This document shows positions 37,893 to 48,663 of a stretch of 64,000 nt of DNA, one piece after another. Both the position numbers and the translations under genes were made by a program. The notes beneath the pieces are model-generated. The model worked only from the letters and a program-made list of their open reading frames with translations. It was not told the DNA's origin and searched no databases. The DNA is from Myxococcales bacterium (lineage in GTDB: Bacteria > Myxococcota_A > Polyangia > Polyangiales > Polyangiaceae), in contig JADIZX010000009.1 of the NCBI GenBank assembly GCA_016704525.1, positions 106,625-170,624 on the forward strand, in the 5' to 3' direction. Positions within the stretch are counted from its first letter, which is position 1; each line of letters opens with the position of its first letter.

Positions 37893-38845
37893 GGGATACC
37901 TCGAGACGACTCAGCCAAACCCTCTTCGATGGAGAACGGGGGCGCCCAGCCGGTGATCCGGCGGAGATCTTCATCGTCGAGCGACAGGTTCTCGATGAGG
38001 CGCGACGCGGCGTCGCCCTTGCCCGCGAGCCGCGCGACCGCGCGGAGGAGCCTCTTCGGCATCGGCACCACGCGCGGGCGGCGCCCGTCGGAGCGGGCGA
38101 TGCGGCGCACGAGCTCGGGCGTGGAGAGATCTTCACCGTCGCGCACGACGAACGTCTGGCCGCGCGCCGCCTCGCACTCGAGGCAGGTCGCGATGGCGTC
38201 GGCGAAGTTCCCCACGAAGAGCAGGCTCCGTTGGTTCTTGATGCTCCCCACGGGAATGGGGAGCCCCGAGCGCACGAGGCGCCACAGCAGACGGAGGTTG
38301 CCCTTCACGCCGGGGCCGTACATGAGCGGCGGTCGCAGCACGACCGCGCCGAGGCCGGGGATCGCGCGGAGGCGCTCTTCCGCGTGCAGCTTGGACCGGC
38401 CATAGGGGTCTTCGGGTCGGCACACCGTGCTCGGACGAAACGCCGTGCCCGGCTGCGTGCGCTCACCCATCGCCTTCACGGAGCTCACGTACACGAAGGA
38501 GCGCACACCGGCCGCTAGGGCGGCGAGGCCCACCAGCTCCGTGACCTCGGCGTTGTCGCGCTCGTAGTCGTCCGCATGCTCCTCGCCGCCCTCGTTCATG
38601 CGGTGCGCGCGGCCCGCGAGGTGGACCACGGCGGTGGCGTCGCCGAGCGCGTCCTGCAGATCGGCGGTGGCGAGGTCGCCCGTGACAAGCACTTCGACTC
38701 CTGGAGGGAACGGGGGCGCCGACGCGGGGAGCGGCTTCCACACGCCCGCGCGAACCTTCCACCCGCGCGCGACGAGCGTAGGCACGAGCCGCGCGCCGAC
38801 GAACCCCTCAGCGCCAGTGACGAGCGCGGTCCGCACCGTGCTCAT
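37889..38845 (-). CDS. NAD-dependent epimerase/dehydratase (SDR family)
   Basis: TGAEGFVG glycine-rich motif and a YxxxK region; ATGA coupling with the downstream transferase gene. Confidence 0.7.
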   Translation of the reverse strand: MSTVRTALVTGAEGFVGARLVPTLVARGWKVRAGVWKPLPASAPPFPPGVEVLVTGDLATADLQDALGDATAVVHLAGRAHRMNEGGEEHADDYERDNAEVTELVGLAALAAGVRSFVYVSSVKAMGERTQPGTAFRPSTVCRPEDPYGRSKLHAEERLRAIPGLGAVVLRPPLMYGPGVKGNLRLLWRLVRSGLPIPVGSIKNQRSLLFVGNFADAIATCLECEAARGQTFVVRDGEDLSTPELVRRIARSDGRRPRVVPMPKRLLRAVARLAGKGDAASRLIENLSLDDEDLRRITGWAPPFSIEEGLAESSRGIP

Positions 38846-38928
38846 GCGCGTTCACCAGGGGACTTCTCGGACCGGTAGGAGTGGCACATTCCCAAGGAAG
38901 ATCGCACGTGTCGCCGCCACGCGAAAGC

Positions 38929-38968
38929 GGAACGAGCCGGAACGAGCCGGAACGAGCCGGAACGAGCC
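38929..38968. repeat. 10-bp tandem repeat ggaacgagcc x4 abutting the stop of the capD-like gene
   Basis: Seen directly in the sequence. Confidence 0.8.
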
Positions 38969-40909
38969 TCACCCGCTGACGGCGACGAGGAGCGGGCCGC
39001 TCGCGCGGTCCTTCGACTCGTCCACCAGGGCGACGCCACGCGGCTCGCTCTTGCGGGGCACGCCCGCGAGCTTCGCCTCCGGCACGAGCTCGGCGAGGAT
39101 GGTGCGGACCTTGAGCGCGTCCGGCTCGTGCGCTGCCGCCTCGAGGCTGTCGAGGCCGCGGGTGAGGAGCTCGCGGCCCACGGGACGGAAGCGGCCGACC
39201 TGGATCTTCGGGTGAGGCGTCTTGGCGAACGACTCAGCGTTGTGGAGCAGCTCCTCGAAGAGCTTCTCGCCGGGGCGAAGCCCGCTGAACTCGATCTGGA
39301 TGTCGACGTCCGGGGTGAGACCCGAGAGCTCGATGAGGTCGCGCGCGAGGTTCACGATCTTCACGGGCTCGCCCATGTCGAGGATGAAGATCTCGCCCGT
39401 ACCGCCGAGCGCGCCCGCCTGCAGCACGAGCTGCGTGGCCTCGGGGATCGTCATGAAGTAGCGCGTGACGTCGGGGTGGGTGACCACCACCGGTCCGCCC
39501 TTGGCGATCTGCTCGCGGAAGATGGGGACGACCGATCCGGCGCTGCCGAGCACGTTGCCGAAGCGCACGGCCGCGAATCGGGTCTGGCTGCCCTGCGCGC
39601 GGAGCTGGGTCACCATCTCGGCGATGCGCTTCGTGGCGCCCATGACGTTGGTGGGGTTCACGGCCTTGTCGGTCGAGATGAGGACGAACGCCTCGGCCTT
39701 GTGCTCGTGCGCCGCGCGGGCGATCTGGATGGTGCCGAACACGTTGTTCTTCACCGCCTCGCACGGATTGCCCTCCATCATGGGGACGTGTTTGTGGGCC
39801 GCGGCGTGGAGCACGATGTTCGGCTGGTAGTGCTTGAACACCCACTCGACGCGCCCCTGATCGGTGATGTCACCCATCAGCGCCTTGATCTTCTCGGCCG
39901 GGTGCAGCGCGCGGAGCTCTCGCTCGATGTGGAACAGCGCGTTCTCGTCGTGATCGAACAGGAGCACCACGGCGGGGTTGAAGCGCAGCGCCTGCCGCGC
40001 GAGCTCGGTCCCGATGCTCCCACCGGCGCCCGTGATGAGGACCGTCTTGCCTTCGAGGAAAGCCTCCACCTGACCGACGTCGAGCTTCACGGCCTCGCGC
40101 TGGAGGAGGTCTTCGATGGCGACCTCGCGCACGTTGCGGAAGCCCATGTCCTCGATGCGGTCGGAGACCGACGGGAGGGTCTTGGTGGGCACGTTCAGCT
40201 CGCGACAGTACCCCACGATCTCGCGCATCCGCTTCGAGTCGCTGCCCATCGCCAGCACGACGAGCTTCACGTCATACATGCCCACGTAACGGCGGAGGGC
40301 CTCGCGGTCGGCGGGCCCGAGCACGCGCACGCTGCGGATGAGCGCGCCGGCCTTCCGCGGGTCGTCGTCGAGGAAGCCGACGATGCTCCACTTGGCCTCG
40401 CGCATGCGCTGCACGTCACGGAGGAGGCTCTCGCCCGCGTCGCCGGCGCCGATGATGAGGGTGCGCGTGCCGTCGATCTTGGGGCCGCTCACGCGCTCAC
40501 GGAGCAGACGAAAGAGGAAGCGGAACCCGCCAATGAGCGCGAGCGACGTCAGCCACTCGCCCACGTAAATGGAGCGCGGCATGCGGGTCGATTGGACCAT
40601 CAGCCCTATCACCGCGAAGCCCGCCGTGCCGACCGTGGTCGCCGAGACGAGGCTGCGCAGCTCGGGGATGCCCGCGTACTGCCACAGGCCGTGAAACTGC
40701 CTCATCGAGTAGAAGACCACGATGCGCGTGACGATGAGCACGGCGAGCGCCGTCGGCACGCGCTGAGCGATCTCGGGCTCGATGCCCCCTCCGTCGAACC
40801 GGATCGCGAGCGCGAGCACGAAGCCCGCGGCCCACAGGCTCGTGTGGAGCGCGATGATTCCGATGCGTCGGAGCCACGGTCGGATCCAGAGGGTCTCGAG
40901 GAGGTTCAT
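38969..40909 (-). CDS. membrane-bound polysaccharide biosynthesis protein CapD/WbpM/PglF-like (nucleotide-sugar 4,6-dehydratase)
   Basis: N-terminal TM helices; two Rossmann motifs (IIGAGDAG, LITGAGGSIG); family-like catalytic region. Confidence 0.75.
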   Translation of the reverse strand: MNLLETLWIRPWLRRIGIIALHTSLWAAGFVLALAIRFDGGGIEPEIAQRVPTALAVLIVTRIVVFYSMRQFHGLWQYAGIPELRSLVSATTVGTAGFAVIGLMVQSTRMPRSIYVGEWLTSLALIGGFRFLFRLLRERVSGPKIDGTRTLIIGAGDAGESLLRDVQRMREAKWSIVGFLDDDPRKAGALIRSVRVLGPADREALRRYVGMYDVKLVVLAMGSDSKRMREIVGYCRELNVPTKTLPSVSDRIEDMGFRNVREVAIEDLLQREAVKLDVGQVEAFLEGKTVLITGAGGSIGTELARQALRFNPAVVLLFDHDENALFHIERELRALHPAEKIKALMGDITDQGRVEWVFKHYQPNIVLHAAAHKHVPMMEGNPCEAVKNNVFGTIQIARAAHEHKAEAFVLISTDKAVNPTNVMGATKRIAEMVTQLRAQGSQTRFAAVRFGNVLGSAGSVVPIFREQIAKGGPVVVTHPDVTRYFMTIPEATQLVLQAGALGGTGEIFILDMGEPVKIVNLARDLIELSGLTPDVDIQIEFSGLRPGEKLFEELLHNAESFAKTPHPKIQVGRFRPVGRELLTRGLDSLEAAAHEPDALKVRTILAELVPEAKLAGVPRKSEPRGVALVDESKDRASGPLLVAVSG

Positions 40910-41114
40910 GGGGGTTCCGGACGGTGAGGGGTGCCTTGTGTGGTGCCAAGCCCGGGCGCTGCGTTCATCTCCGAAGAGCGCTTGTCACGGTCGCGGCAGG
41001 CCTCCCGCGGAGCCTCGGTATACTTGCCGCGCCCGAGGAAGCAAGGCCGAACACCTACCACGAGGGAGATGTAGGTGAGCGTATGTCCAGTCCCCGGAGG
41101 CGACGGGCTGGGCC

Positions 41115-44105
41115 TCAGTCGGGGATCTCGACCTCGGAGGGCTTCATCGTGCGGAAGCTCGCGTCCACCAGGTCGATCACCTCGTCGAACCACGCGTCGA
41201 ACTGCGGGCCGCCCGGCCTCGACGAGTCGACGTAGAACGAGCCCTGGATGCACTCCGGGCGACCGTCCTGCGATCGGCACCTCCCGTCGACGTACACGAC
41301 GATGAACTTCGGCAGGCGGTTGGCCGACGAGCGCGTGCCATCGTTCATGAAGTTGTTGGTCACGAGCGCGACCGCCTCGAGATCGCGGGGATCTTGGCCG
41401 TACCCGTGGAGCACATAGACGACCGGGTAGCGCACGTCGCGCGCCTTGTTGTCGGCGTGGGCGTAGCCGGGCGGCAGGGTGACGGCGATGGGGCCGGTGC
41501 GCTTCGTCTTCGGGCCTGTGAAGAAGTGCTCGCAGCGGCCTTGTTGGAGGCACTCGGCGCTGAAGGGCCCCGCGGCCTCCGGCGAGGGCTTGTCGATCGT
41601 GACCTCGCTCCGGGTTCGATCGGCGTCGGGCCAGCGCTGCGCGACATAGTAGAAGCCGAAGAGGAGCCGGTTCAAGAGCTGCGCGGCCGTGCCGACGTGC
41701 TGCCCGTCGCCGAGGAGGATCTGCGCCTTTGTGGCGTCGACCGCGCCGTACCGCACGTTGGGCATGTCGACGATGTCGGCCCAGCGGAGCTCCGAAGGCG
41801 CGAAGTCGATCGGGCGGGCGGGGTCCTGGCCCGGCAGGTACTCGTACCCGTTGTAGAAGGCGACCGACTTGAGCTGTCGGCCTAGGCCGTCCTTGCGTGA
41901 GCCCACGGCGCCCGCGAGGTGGTTGCCGACCGACGCGAAGTTGAAGAGGTCGCGCACGCCGCCGTCGGTGATGATGTCGAGGCGCTTCAGCGCGGGATCG
42001 GTGAGCTCGCCACCGGGGATCTCGGAGGTCCACCGGGCCACGATCGAGTGCGCGTCGAAGCGCCGCACGTTTTTGTGCCCAGACGCCTCGGAGTAGACGC
42101 CGTCACCCTCGCCGGGGTCGCCCGCGACGTGCCGATCTTTGGTGTTCGGCACTCCGTCGAGGCCGTCGTCGCGGAACTTCTCGCCCTTGTCGTAGTGGTG
42201 ATTGAGCTCGGCACCGCCCGGCGACAGCATGTAGTCGTAGTCGTCTTGGTTCGGGTCGGGGTTCTGGACCGGATCGTAGCCAGGCTCGTCCTTGTCGCAG
42301 AGTCCGTCCGCGCCGCAGTCGTCCCACGGCTCGTGGCCCGAGCGAATGACGGGCTCATCCTTATCGCGCAGGCCGTTGCCGTTCAGGTCGACGGCGACGG
42401 CGAAATTAACCGGCTCCGTGTGCTGGGATGGCACATCCATGAAGGTGTTCTTGTACGGGCTTACCCCCTCTTGGCCGCCGTCGCAGAAGGTGATCACCGG
42501 CTTCGTGCCGTCGGGGTTGTACTCGTCGTCGAAGTAGTTCGCGGGGGCCTTCCACTGATTCTTTGGATCGCACCGGAACTTGGCGCATGCCTGCGCGATC
42601 GTTCGCTGCAGGGCGTTGTCCTTGTCGCCCTTCACGGGCGAGACGGAGAACGAGCAGTCGAGGCCCGCCGGGGCCCCGGCGACCCCCGACAGATCGCCCT
42701 TGATCCAGGGGTCGTTCTTGGTGGGGCCGGCGACCATGTGAGAGAGCGCCGGATCCCTATTTTCGCTGGCGAGGTTCCCGAACGCGAGGGCGAGATCACC
42801 GAAGATCTGGGCATACTCGTGGCGAGGGAACGAGCCCCCATTGCCATTGCCCTCTTCGTACCAAAAGTGGTTGTAGTCCATCGAGTGCGCGAAGGGCTCG
42901 TGGAACGGGTAGCGCCCGGGCTCGTACTTCGTGCAGTTGGGGTTCGACGTGGGGCAGAAGCCACCGAGGGCGTACGCGTCGATGAACCAGGTGAGCCAGG
43001 TGTAGTCGGCGAGGCCGCCCAGCGGCGCCACGGCGTCGAACTTGTCGTGGTGGCGGAGGCCGAAGCTCGCGGAGCCGCCGGCGCCCATCGAGAAGCCGAG
43101 GACCGCCCGGTGGGTGAGGCGGCGCTTCACCTTCCCCTCGCCCGCGCCCTTCCGCGCGACCACCTGGTAGGTGCCGAGCCACGGCGCAGAGAACCGAAGC
43201 ACGTAGCCGGCGCCCTCGGCCTCGACGCGGGGATTCGCGACGGGGACGGCCCGCGGCGTCTTGGCGCGGGGCCCCTGGTAGAGCACCTCGACGTGGCGCA
43301 TGCGGGCTTGGCTGGGCAGCGCGGCCGGGTTGATGGGGAGGGCGAAGTCGACCTCGCGGCGGAGCACGTTGGACGAGGTGACGGGCGCGGTGCCTTCGAA
43401 CGACACGGCGGGACCGAGGGCGCCGTACGTCGAGCCGGCGGTGAGGTCCGGCGTCTTGGCGCAAGCCACGGTCGCGCCGAACGAAGGCAGGGCAAACTCG
43501 TCGGTGCGCGCGAAGGCCGTGGCGGGCGACGAGAGGGCCGCGCTCGCGAGCGCGCCGGCGCCGGTCACCTTGGGGCTCGCGCCGCTGAGGGTGCCCTGGC
43601 CCGCGCCTTCGCCCGGGGCGCAAGTGGGCGGCGTGCCGTCGCGTACGTCGATCGGGAGCTCGGCGGTGGCGGTCTCCACCTGGCCCGCGCTCGACGGGCT
43701 GGGTCGCTCGACGACCGCGGTGAGCGCGGTCGCGCCGGCCGAGACGGCCTGGAGATCGAAGGTCGCCGAGGGCTTACGGAGGTCGATGATCGCCGTCTCG
43801 GGGGCGCGCACGCCCTCGGTCTTGACCTTGAACGTGACCTTCACCGGCGAGCACAGGTCAGGGTCGACCGTGAGCGTGACCGGCCGGCTCGCGCCGGGAG
43901 CGACGATGACGCGCGCCGGGTCGAAGCGCAGCTTGAGGGGCGCGGAGTTGTCTGGCTCGCAGATCTCGCCCTTCGCGAGCGGCGTGGGGCCGGCCGGCGG
44001 CGGCGCGGTGGGCCCGGGTGGCTCGGAGCTGGTGCAGGCCGCGAGGGCCACGAGCAAGCCGAGCGAGGCGCGGGACGAAAGCGAAGAGAGAGGCCTGTAC
44101 TTCAC
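41115..44105 (-). CDS. large lipoprotein with thrombospondin type-3-like Ca-binding repeats and a C-terminal alpha/beta esterase domain
   Basis: LAAC lipobox; DLNGNGLRDKDE ... DDCGADGLCDKDEPGYD TSP3-like repeats; esterase-like VLHGYGQDP ... FIVVYVDG. Confidence 0.55.
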   Translation of the reverse strand: MKYRPLSSLSSRASLGLLVALAACTSSEPPGPTAPPPAGPTPLAKGEICEPDNSAPLKLRFDPARVIVAPGASRPVTLTVDPDLCSPVKVTFKVKTEGVRAPETAIIDLRKPSATFDLQAVSAGATALTAVVERPSPSSAGQVETATAELPIDVRDGTPPTCAPGEGAGQGTLSGASPKVTGAGALASAALSSPATAFARTDEFALPSFGATVACAKTPDLTAGSTYGALGPAVSFEGTAPVTSSNVLRREVDFALPINPAALPSQARMRHVEVLYQGPRAKTPRAVPVANPRVEAEGAGYVLRFSAPWLGTYQVVARKGAGEGKVKRRLTHRAVLGFSMGAGGSASFGLRHHDKFDAVAPLGGLADYTWLTWFIDAYALGGFCPTSNPNCTKYEPGRYPFHEPFAHSMDYNHFWYEEGNGNGGSFPRHEYAQIFGDLALAFGNLASENRDPALSHMVAGPTKNDPWIKGDLSGVAGAPAGLDCSFSVSPVKGDKDNALQRTIAQACAKFRCDPKNQWKAPANYFDDEYNPDGTKPVITFCDGGQEGVSPYKNTFMDVPSQHTEPVNFAVAVDLNGNGLRDKDEPVIRSGHEPWDDCGADGLCDKDEPGYDPVQNPDPNQDDYDYMLSPGGAELNHHYDKGEKFRDDGLDGVPNTKDRHVAGDPGEGDGVYSEASGHKNVRRFDAHSIVARWTSEIPGGELTDPALKRLDIITDGGVRDLFNFASVGNHLAGAVGSRKDGLGRQLKSVAFYNGYEYLPGQDPARPIDFAPSELRWADIVDMPNVRYGAVDATKAQILLGDGQHVGTAAQLLNRLLFGFYYVAQRWPDADRTRSEVTIDKPSPEAAGPFSAECLQQGRCEHFFTGPKTKRTGPIAVTLPPGYAHADNKARDVRYPVVYVLHGYGQDPRDLEAVALVTNNFMNDGTRSSANRLPKFIVVYVDGRCRSQDGRPECIQGSFYVDSSRPGGPQFDAWFDEVIDLVDASFRTMKPSEVEIPD

Positions 44106-44242
44106 CGGGGAACCATACCCCGCCCCCTGGGCACCGCCACCCAGGAATCCGTGCCGTGCGCAGCCGGGCGTGTGCGCAGGTAGTGAAAAAACTTACGTAT
44201 TCTCGTGAGGCGAGGTGGCGGGCCGCGCGGCGAAGGCGGAGA

Positions 44243-47200
44243 TCACTGAACGACGCTGCACGCCAGGGGGTAGCGGAGGTTGCCCCACACGGCCCCGACC
44301 GGGAGGCCGCCGCGCTTCGCGACCGCGGGCCCCTTGCGCACGACGAACGCGCCGTCGCCGACGACGTTGCCCGCCGCCGCTTCGACGCAGGCGCGGCCCG
44401 GCGAGATGCGCACGCGACCGAGGGCGTTCGAGAGCGTGGCGAGCCGGCCGCCGCCGAGCCGGATCCTCAGCCCCGCCGAGAGCGGCACCTCGAGCACGTA
44501 GCCGGGCTCGTCCCCGACGCACGCGCCGAGCGCGACGTCCGCGTACTCGGGGTCTCCAAGCAGCGTCGGGCCCCCCACGGCGCCGGTCTCGAGATCGACG
44601 GCGACGACCCACCGCTCCGGGCTCCCTCGCGACGCGGCGCCGGAGGCTTCGAGCACATAGCCCACGGCGCGCCCGTCGGTGCGGCGGGCGAGGCGGCCGA
44701 CACGGCGCGCGCCGGTCCCCGCGCGGGGGACGCGCGCGAGCCGGCGCGCGACGCCGCCGTCGATCACCAGCAGGTCGCTGCCGGCGTCCGGGTCGACCGC
44801 CGTGCCGGAGCGCGCGACGGCGATCACCCAGCGCCCCTCGACGCGCACGACGGACTCGAGCTCGGGGACATCGGCGCCGTCGGCGGACCGCACCTCGATC
44901 GGGCCTCGCCCAGACTCGAGCTCCCAGAGGCGGAGCCCCACACCGCCTAAGCGCGACGCGAGCAGCGCGTGTCGACCGTCGTCGCTCACGGCGACCTTCC
45001 ATTGCGTGGAGTAGTGGGTGTACGCGTGGCTGAAGCTCGGGGTGGGCGCGCGCATCGCCTCGAGCAGCGACGCAGGCAGGGGCGTGGGCGCGGTCGAGTG
45101 GACGTCCGCGTAGCCATCGAAGGGGCTCAGCCAGCGCACCAGCAGACGCGTGGTGGCGTCGGGCTCTCGCGTGGGCGTCTGGGGGCCCCACACGTAGACG
45201 TGCGCGAGGGCGCGCGAGCGCGGCAGCTGGCTCAGGCTCTCGAACACCGCGGTGTTCAGCGCGGCGTGCTCGCCCTCGCGGACCTTCGGGGGCGCGGTCG
45301 CGAAGAACGGCGTGAGCTCCCGGACCGCCGCGGTGGAGCCGCCGTACGACGAGGAGAGCAGCCCGTGGAGGGGCTGCGGGCGGACCATCGGCCCCGAGTG
45401 CGCGGGCGGCACGCGCGGCTTGGGCGCGCCCGAGGCCGCGGGGAGGCTCGGGCTGGGCGCGAGGGCGTCGCACTCGAGGCTGAGCGGCGAGGTCGCGCGC
45501 GCAGGGACCTCCTCGACATGCGGTGACTTCGACTCACCGGTCGCCTTCGACCCCACGCCCCAGCCGACGCGGAGCCACCCGGCCGCCGCGGCGCCGATCG
45601 GCCCCACCGCGCGGCTCGCGACCTTCGCCAGCGGAACGAGCGGCTCCGGCACCTCCTCGGAGCGCCAGGTCATGCCGCCGTCGCTGGTCTCGTAGAGCCG
45701 GCGGGCGTTCGTGTAGCCGAGGCCGTAGCGGCCGGAGACCGTGGGAAAGCCGGCCTCGCGCACGTGCTGGCCAACCTTCACCGCGCCGTCGACGCCGATC
45801 TCCAGGCCCACCACCGATCCGCCCGCGTCGACCCACGCGCCGAGCACGCCCGGGCGCCGCTCTTCGACCGGATCGAGCCACACACCGAAGCGGAGGGCGC
45901 GCGCCACGTTCGCGTCGAGGCGAGGGAACGAGAGCGCGACGGTCTTCGCTTCGCCGCGGGCGTCGAGGAGGGTGAGCCGCGCGGTGCCGAGCTCGCCGCC
46001 CGACGCGACCGACGCGACGGGCGGCGAGAGGATCGCCACGCTGCGGTTCGCCAGGACGGCCACGCGCTCGGAGCCGACGTCACCGCGCACGCGCACCTCG
46101 CGGAAGCGGTCGCCGTGGTCGAGGATGCAATAGGTCTGTTGTTTTGGCGGGTCGACCACGTCGACCCCGCAGGCGCCCCGCACGGCGAGCGCGCCGTTGC
46201 CGGAGGAGAGCACGACGCGGGGCGAGTCGAAGCGGCGGAGGAGCACGAGCCGGCCGGCGAGCGGATCGTACGCGTACAGGTCGGTGCGACCCCGAGGCTC
46301 GCCGCACACGAAGCCAAACGCGCCCTTCGCCGCTGGGCGGGTGAGCGAGACGCCGCGGCACCGAGCGGGCGAGAGCGGGAAGGCATCGGGCACGGCCTCG
46401 ACCAGCGCCCCGTCCGAGAGGCGCACCCGACCGAGCGCGCCGTCGCGAGCGACGAGGGCCACCCCGTCCGTGAGGGGCCAGCCGTCCTCGATGGCGGCGA
46501 GCAGCGGCCGGGGGCCGAACACACGGACCTCGGGGCGGGCGGACGGGCGGCCCCCCCCGGAGTCGCTGCGCGCGGAACCTCGACGGAGCGCCGCGCCGCT
46601 CGGCGCGTCCGGCGCGACGCGCACGAGCTCGTCGTGCTCGCGCAGCTCGGCCGCGACCGCGCGGCCTCGCTCGACACCGGTGACCACGAGCTTGCCGAGG
46701 GGGGTGAGCGTGACGTCTCGCACCTGAAAGCCCGCCTCGACCCGGCGCCAGGTCGCGCCCGCATCGCCCGTGGCCACGAGGCCCGAGAGATCGCTCAGCG
46801 CGGCGGCCCGCCAGCCGTCGGTCGCCCCGTACGCAAACAGCTCGGGCCCGGGCGGATACGGCCCGAGGTCGCGCGTCGCGCCGGTCGCGGCGTCGATGGC
46901 CACATGCCCGCGCGCGGTGCGGAGGTATACGCGGTCGAGCCCGGCGAACACCCGCTGGATGGGCGCGCGCGCGGCGTAGACGGGCCGCGCCTCCGACAAC
47001 CACGAGTCGGCGCGGAGCACGGTCGTGCCCACGACGAAGAGGTGGCCGCCGCCAAGCCGCGCCGGGATCGCCAAGGAAGACGCGGGCACGGCGCTGAGTC
47101 GGTCTTCGGAGACGCGCACGGCGCCGTCACTGGCCACGAGCACGCGGTAGCCCGCGACGACGCCGCGGAGCGCGCCGTCGGGCGCGGCGTCGGAGAGGGC

Positions 47201-47458
47201 CCCGGGATCGATGTGCTCGGGGACGAGGCGCGGGTTGCCCACCGTGGGGTCCTCGAAGGCGCCCACGCCGGCGTGCCGAACGCGGGCGGCCGCTTCGCCG
47301 ACGGGCGCCCCGACGGCGACGGCGGGGGCCGGGCGTTGGCAGCCCGCGCCCGAGGCGAGGGCGAGGAGCAGAAGCGCCGAGAGGCCCCGCGAGGCGACGC
47401 GCCGGAGCGCTCGCGCCTCGCGCGTTCGCAGGGTCGGGCGAGGGGCGGCGAGCACCAT
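44243..47458 (-). CDS. large secreted BNR/Asp-box repeat protein
   Basis: Signal peptide with lipobox GAGC; BNR-like SDGGMTW and DAGATWRRV motifs. Start ATG chosen over the upstream GTG. Confidence 0.45.
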   Translation of the reverse strand: MVLAAPRPTLRTREARALRRVASRGLSALLLLALASGAGCQRPAPAVAVGAPVGEAAARVRHAGVGAFEDPTVGNPRLVPEHIDPGALSDAAPDGALRGVVAGYRVLVASDGAVRVSEDRLSAVPASSLAIPARLGGGHLFVVGTTVLRADSWLSEARPVYAARAPIQRVFAGLDRVYLRTARGHVAIDAATGATRDLGPYPPGPELFAYGATDGWRAAALSDLSGLVATGDAGATWRRVEAGFQVRDVTLTPLGKLVVTGVERGRAVAAELREHDELVRVAPDAPSGAALRRGSARSDSGGGRPSARPEVRVFGPRPLLAAIEDGWPLTDGVALVARDGALGRVRLSDGALVEAVPDAFPLSPARCRGVSLTRPAAKGAFGFVCGEPRGRTDLYAYDPLAGRLVLLRRFDSPRVVLSSGNGALAVRGACGVDVVDPPKQQTYCILDHGDRFREVRVRGDVGSERVAVLANRSVAILSPPVASVASGGELGTARLTLLDARGEAKTVALSFPRLDANVARALRFGVWLDPVEERRPGVLGAWVDAGGSVVGLEIGVDGAVKVGQHVREAGFPTVSGRYGLGYTNARRLYETSDGGMTWRSEEVPEPLVPLAKVASRAVGPIGAAAAGWLRVGWGVGSKATGESKSPHVEEVPARATSPLSLECDALAPSPSLPAASGAPKPRVPPAHSGPMVRPQPLHGLLSSSYGGSTAAVRELTPFFATAPPKVREGEHAALNTAVFESLSQLPRSRALAHVYVWGPQTPTREPDATTRLLVRWLSPFDGYADVHSTAPTPLPASLLEAMRAPTPSFSHAYTHYSTQWKVAVSDDGRHALLASRLGGVGLRLWELESGRGPIEVRSADGADVPELESVVRVEGRWVIAVARSGTAVDPDAGSDLLVIDGGVARRLARVPRAGTGARRVGRLARRTDGRAVGYVLEASGAASRGSPERWVVAVDLETGAVGGPTLLGDPEYADVALGACVGDEPGYVLEVPLSAGLRIRLGGGRLATLSNALGRVRISPGRACVEAAAGNVVGDGAFVVRKGPAVAKRGGLPVGAVWGNLRYPLACSVVQ

Positions 47459-47607
47459 CGGGTTCCACCGTACCACCCGAGGACCACTTTTTCCGGTTCG
47501 GCGCTAAAAGCGGCTACGGTGCCGTCGTTCATGGCGACACCTCGCCGTGGGCTCGGGCTCGCCATCGACCTTCCAGGTTCGGCATGTTTCTCACCAAGGA
47601 GTCGACC

Positions 47608-48606
<999 letters not shown>

Positions 48607-48663
48607 GCGCGACGGGATTCACGTGCATACTGCACGCCTATCCCGCCGCGTCCCGCCGCGTCG

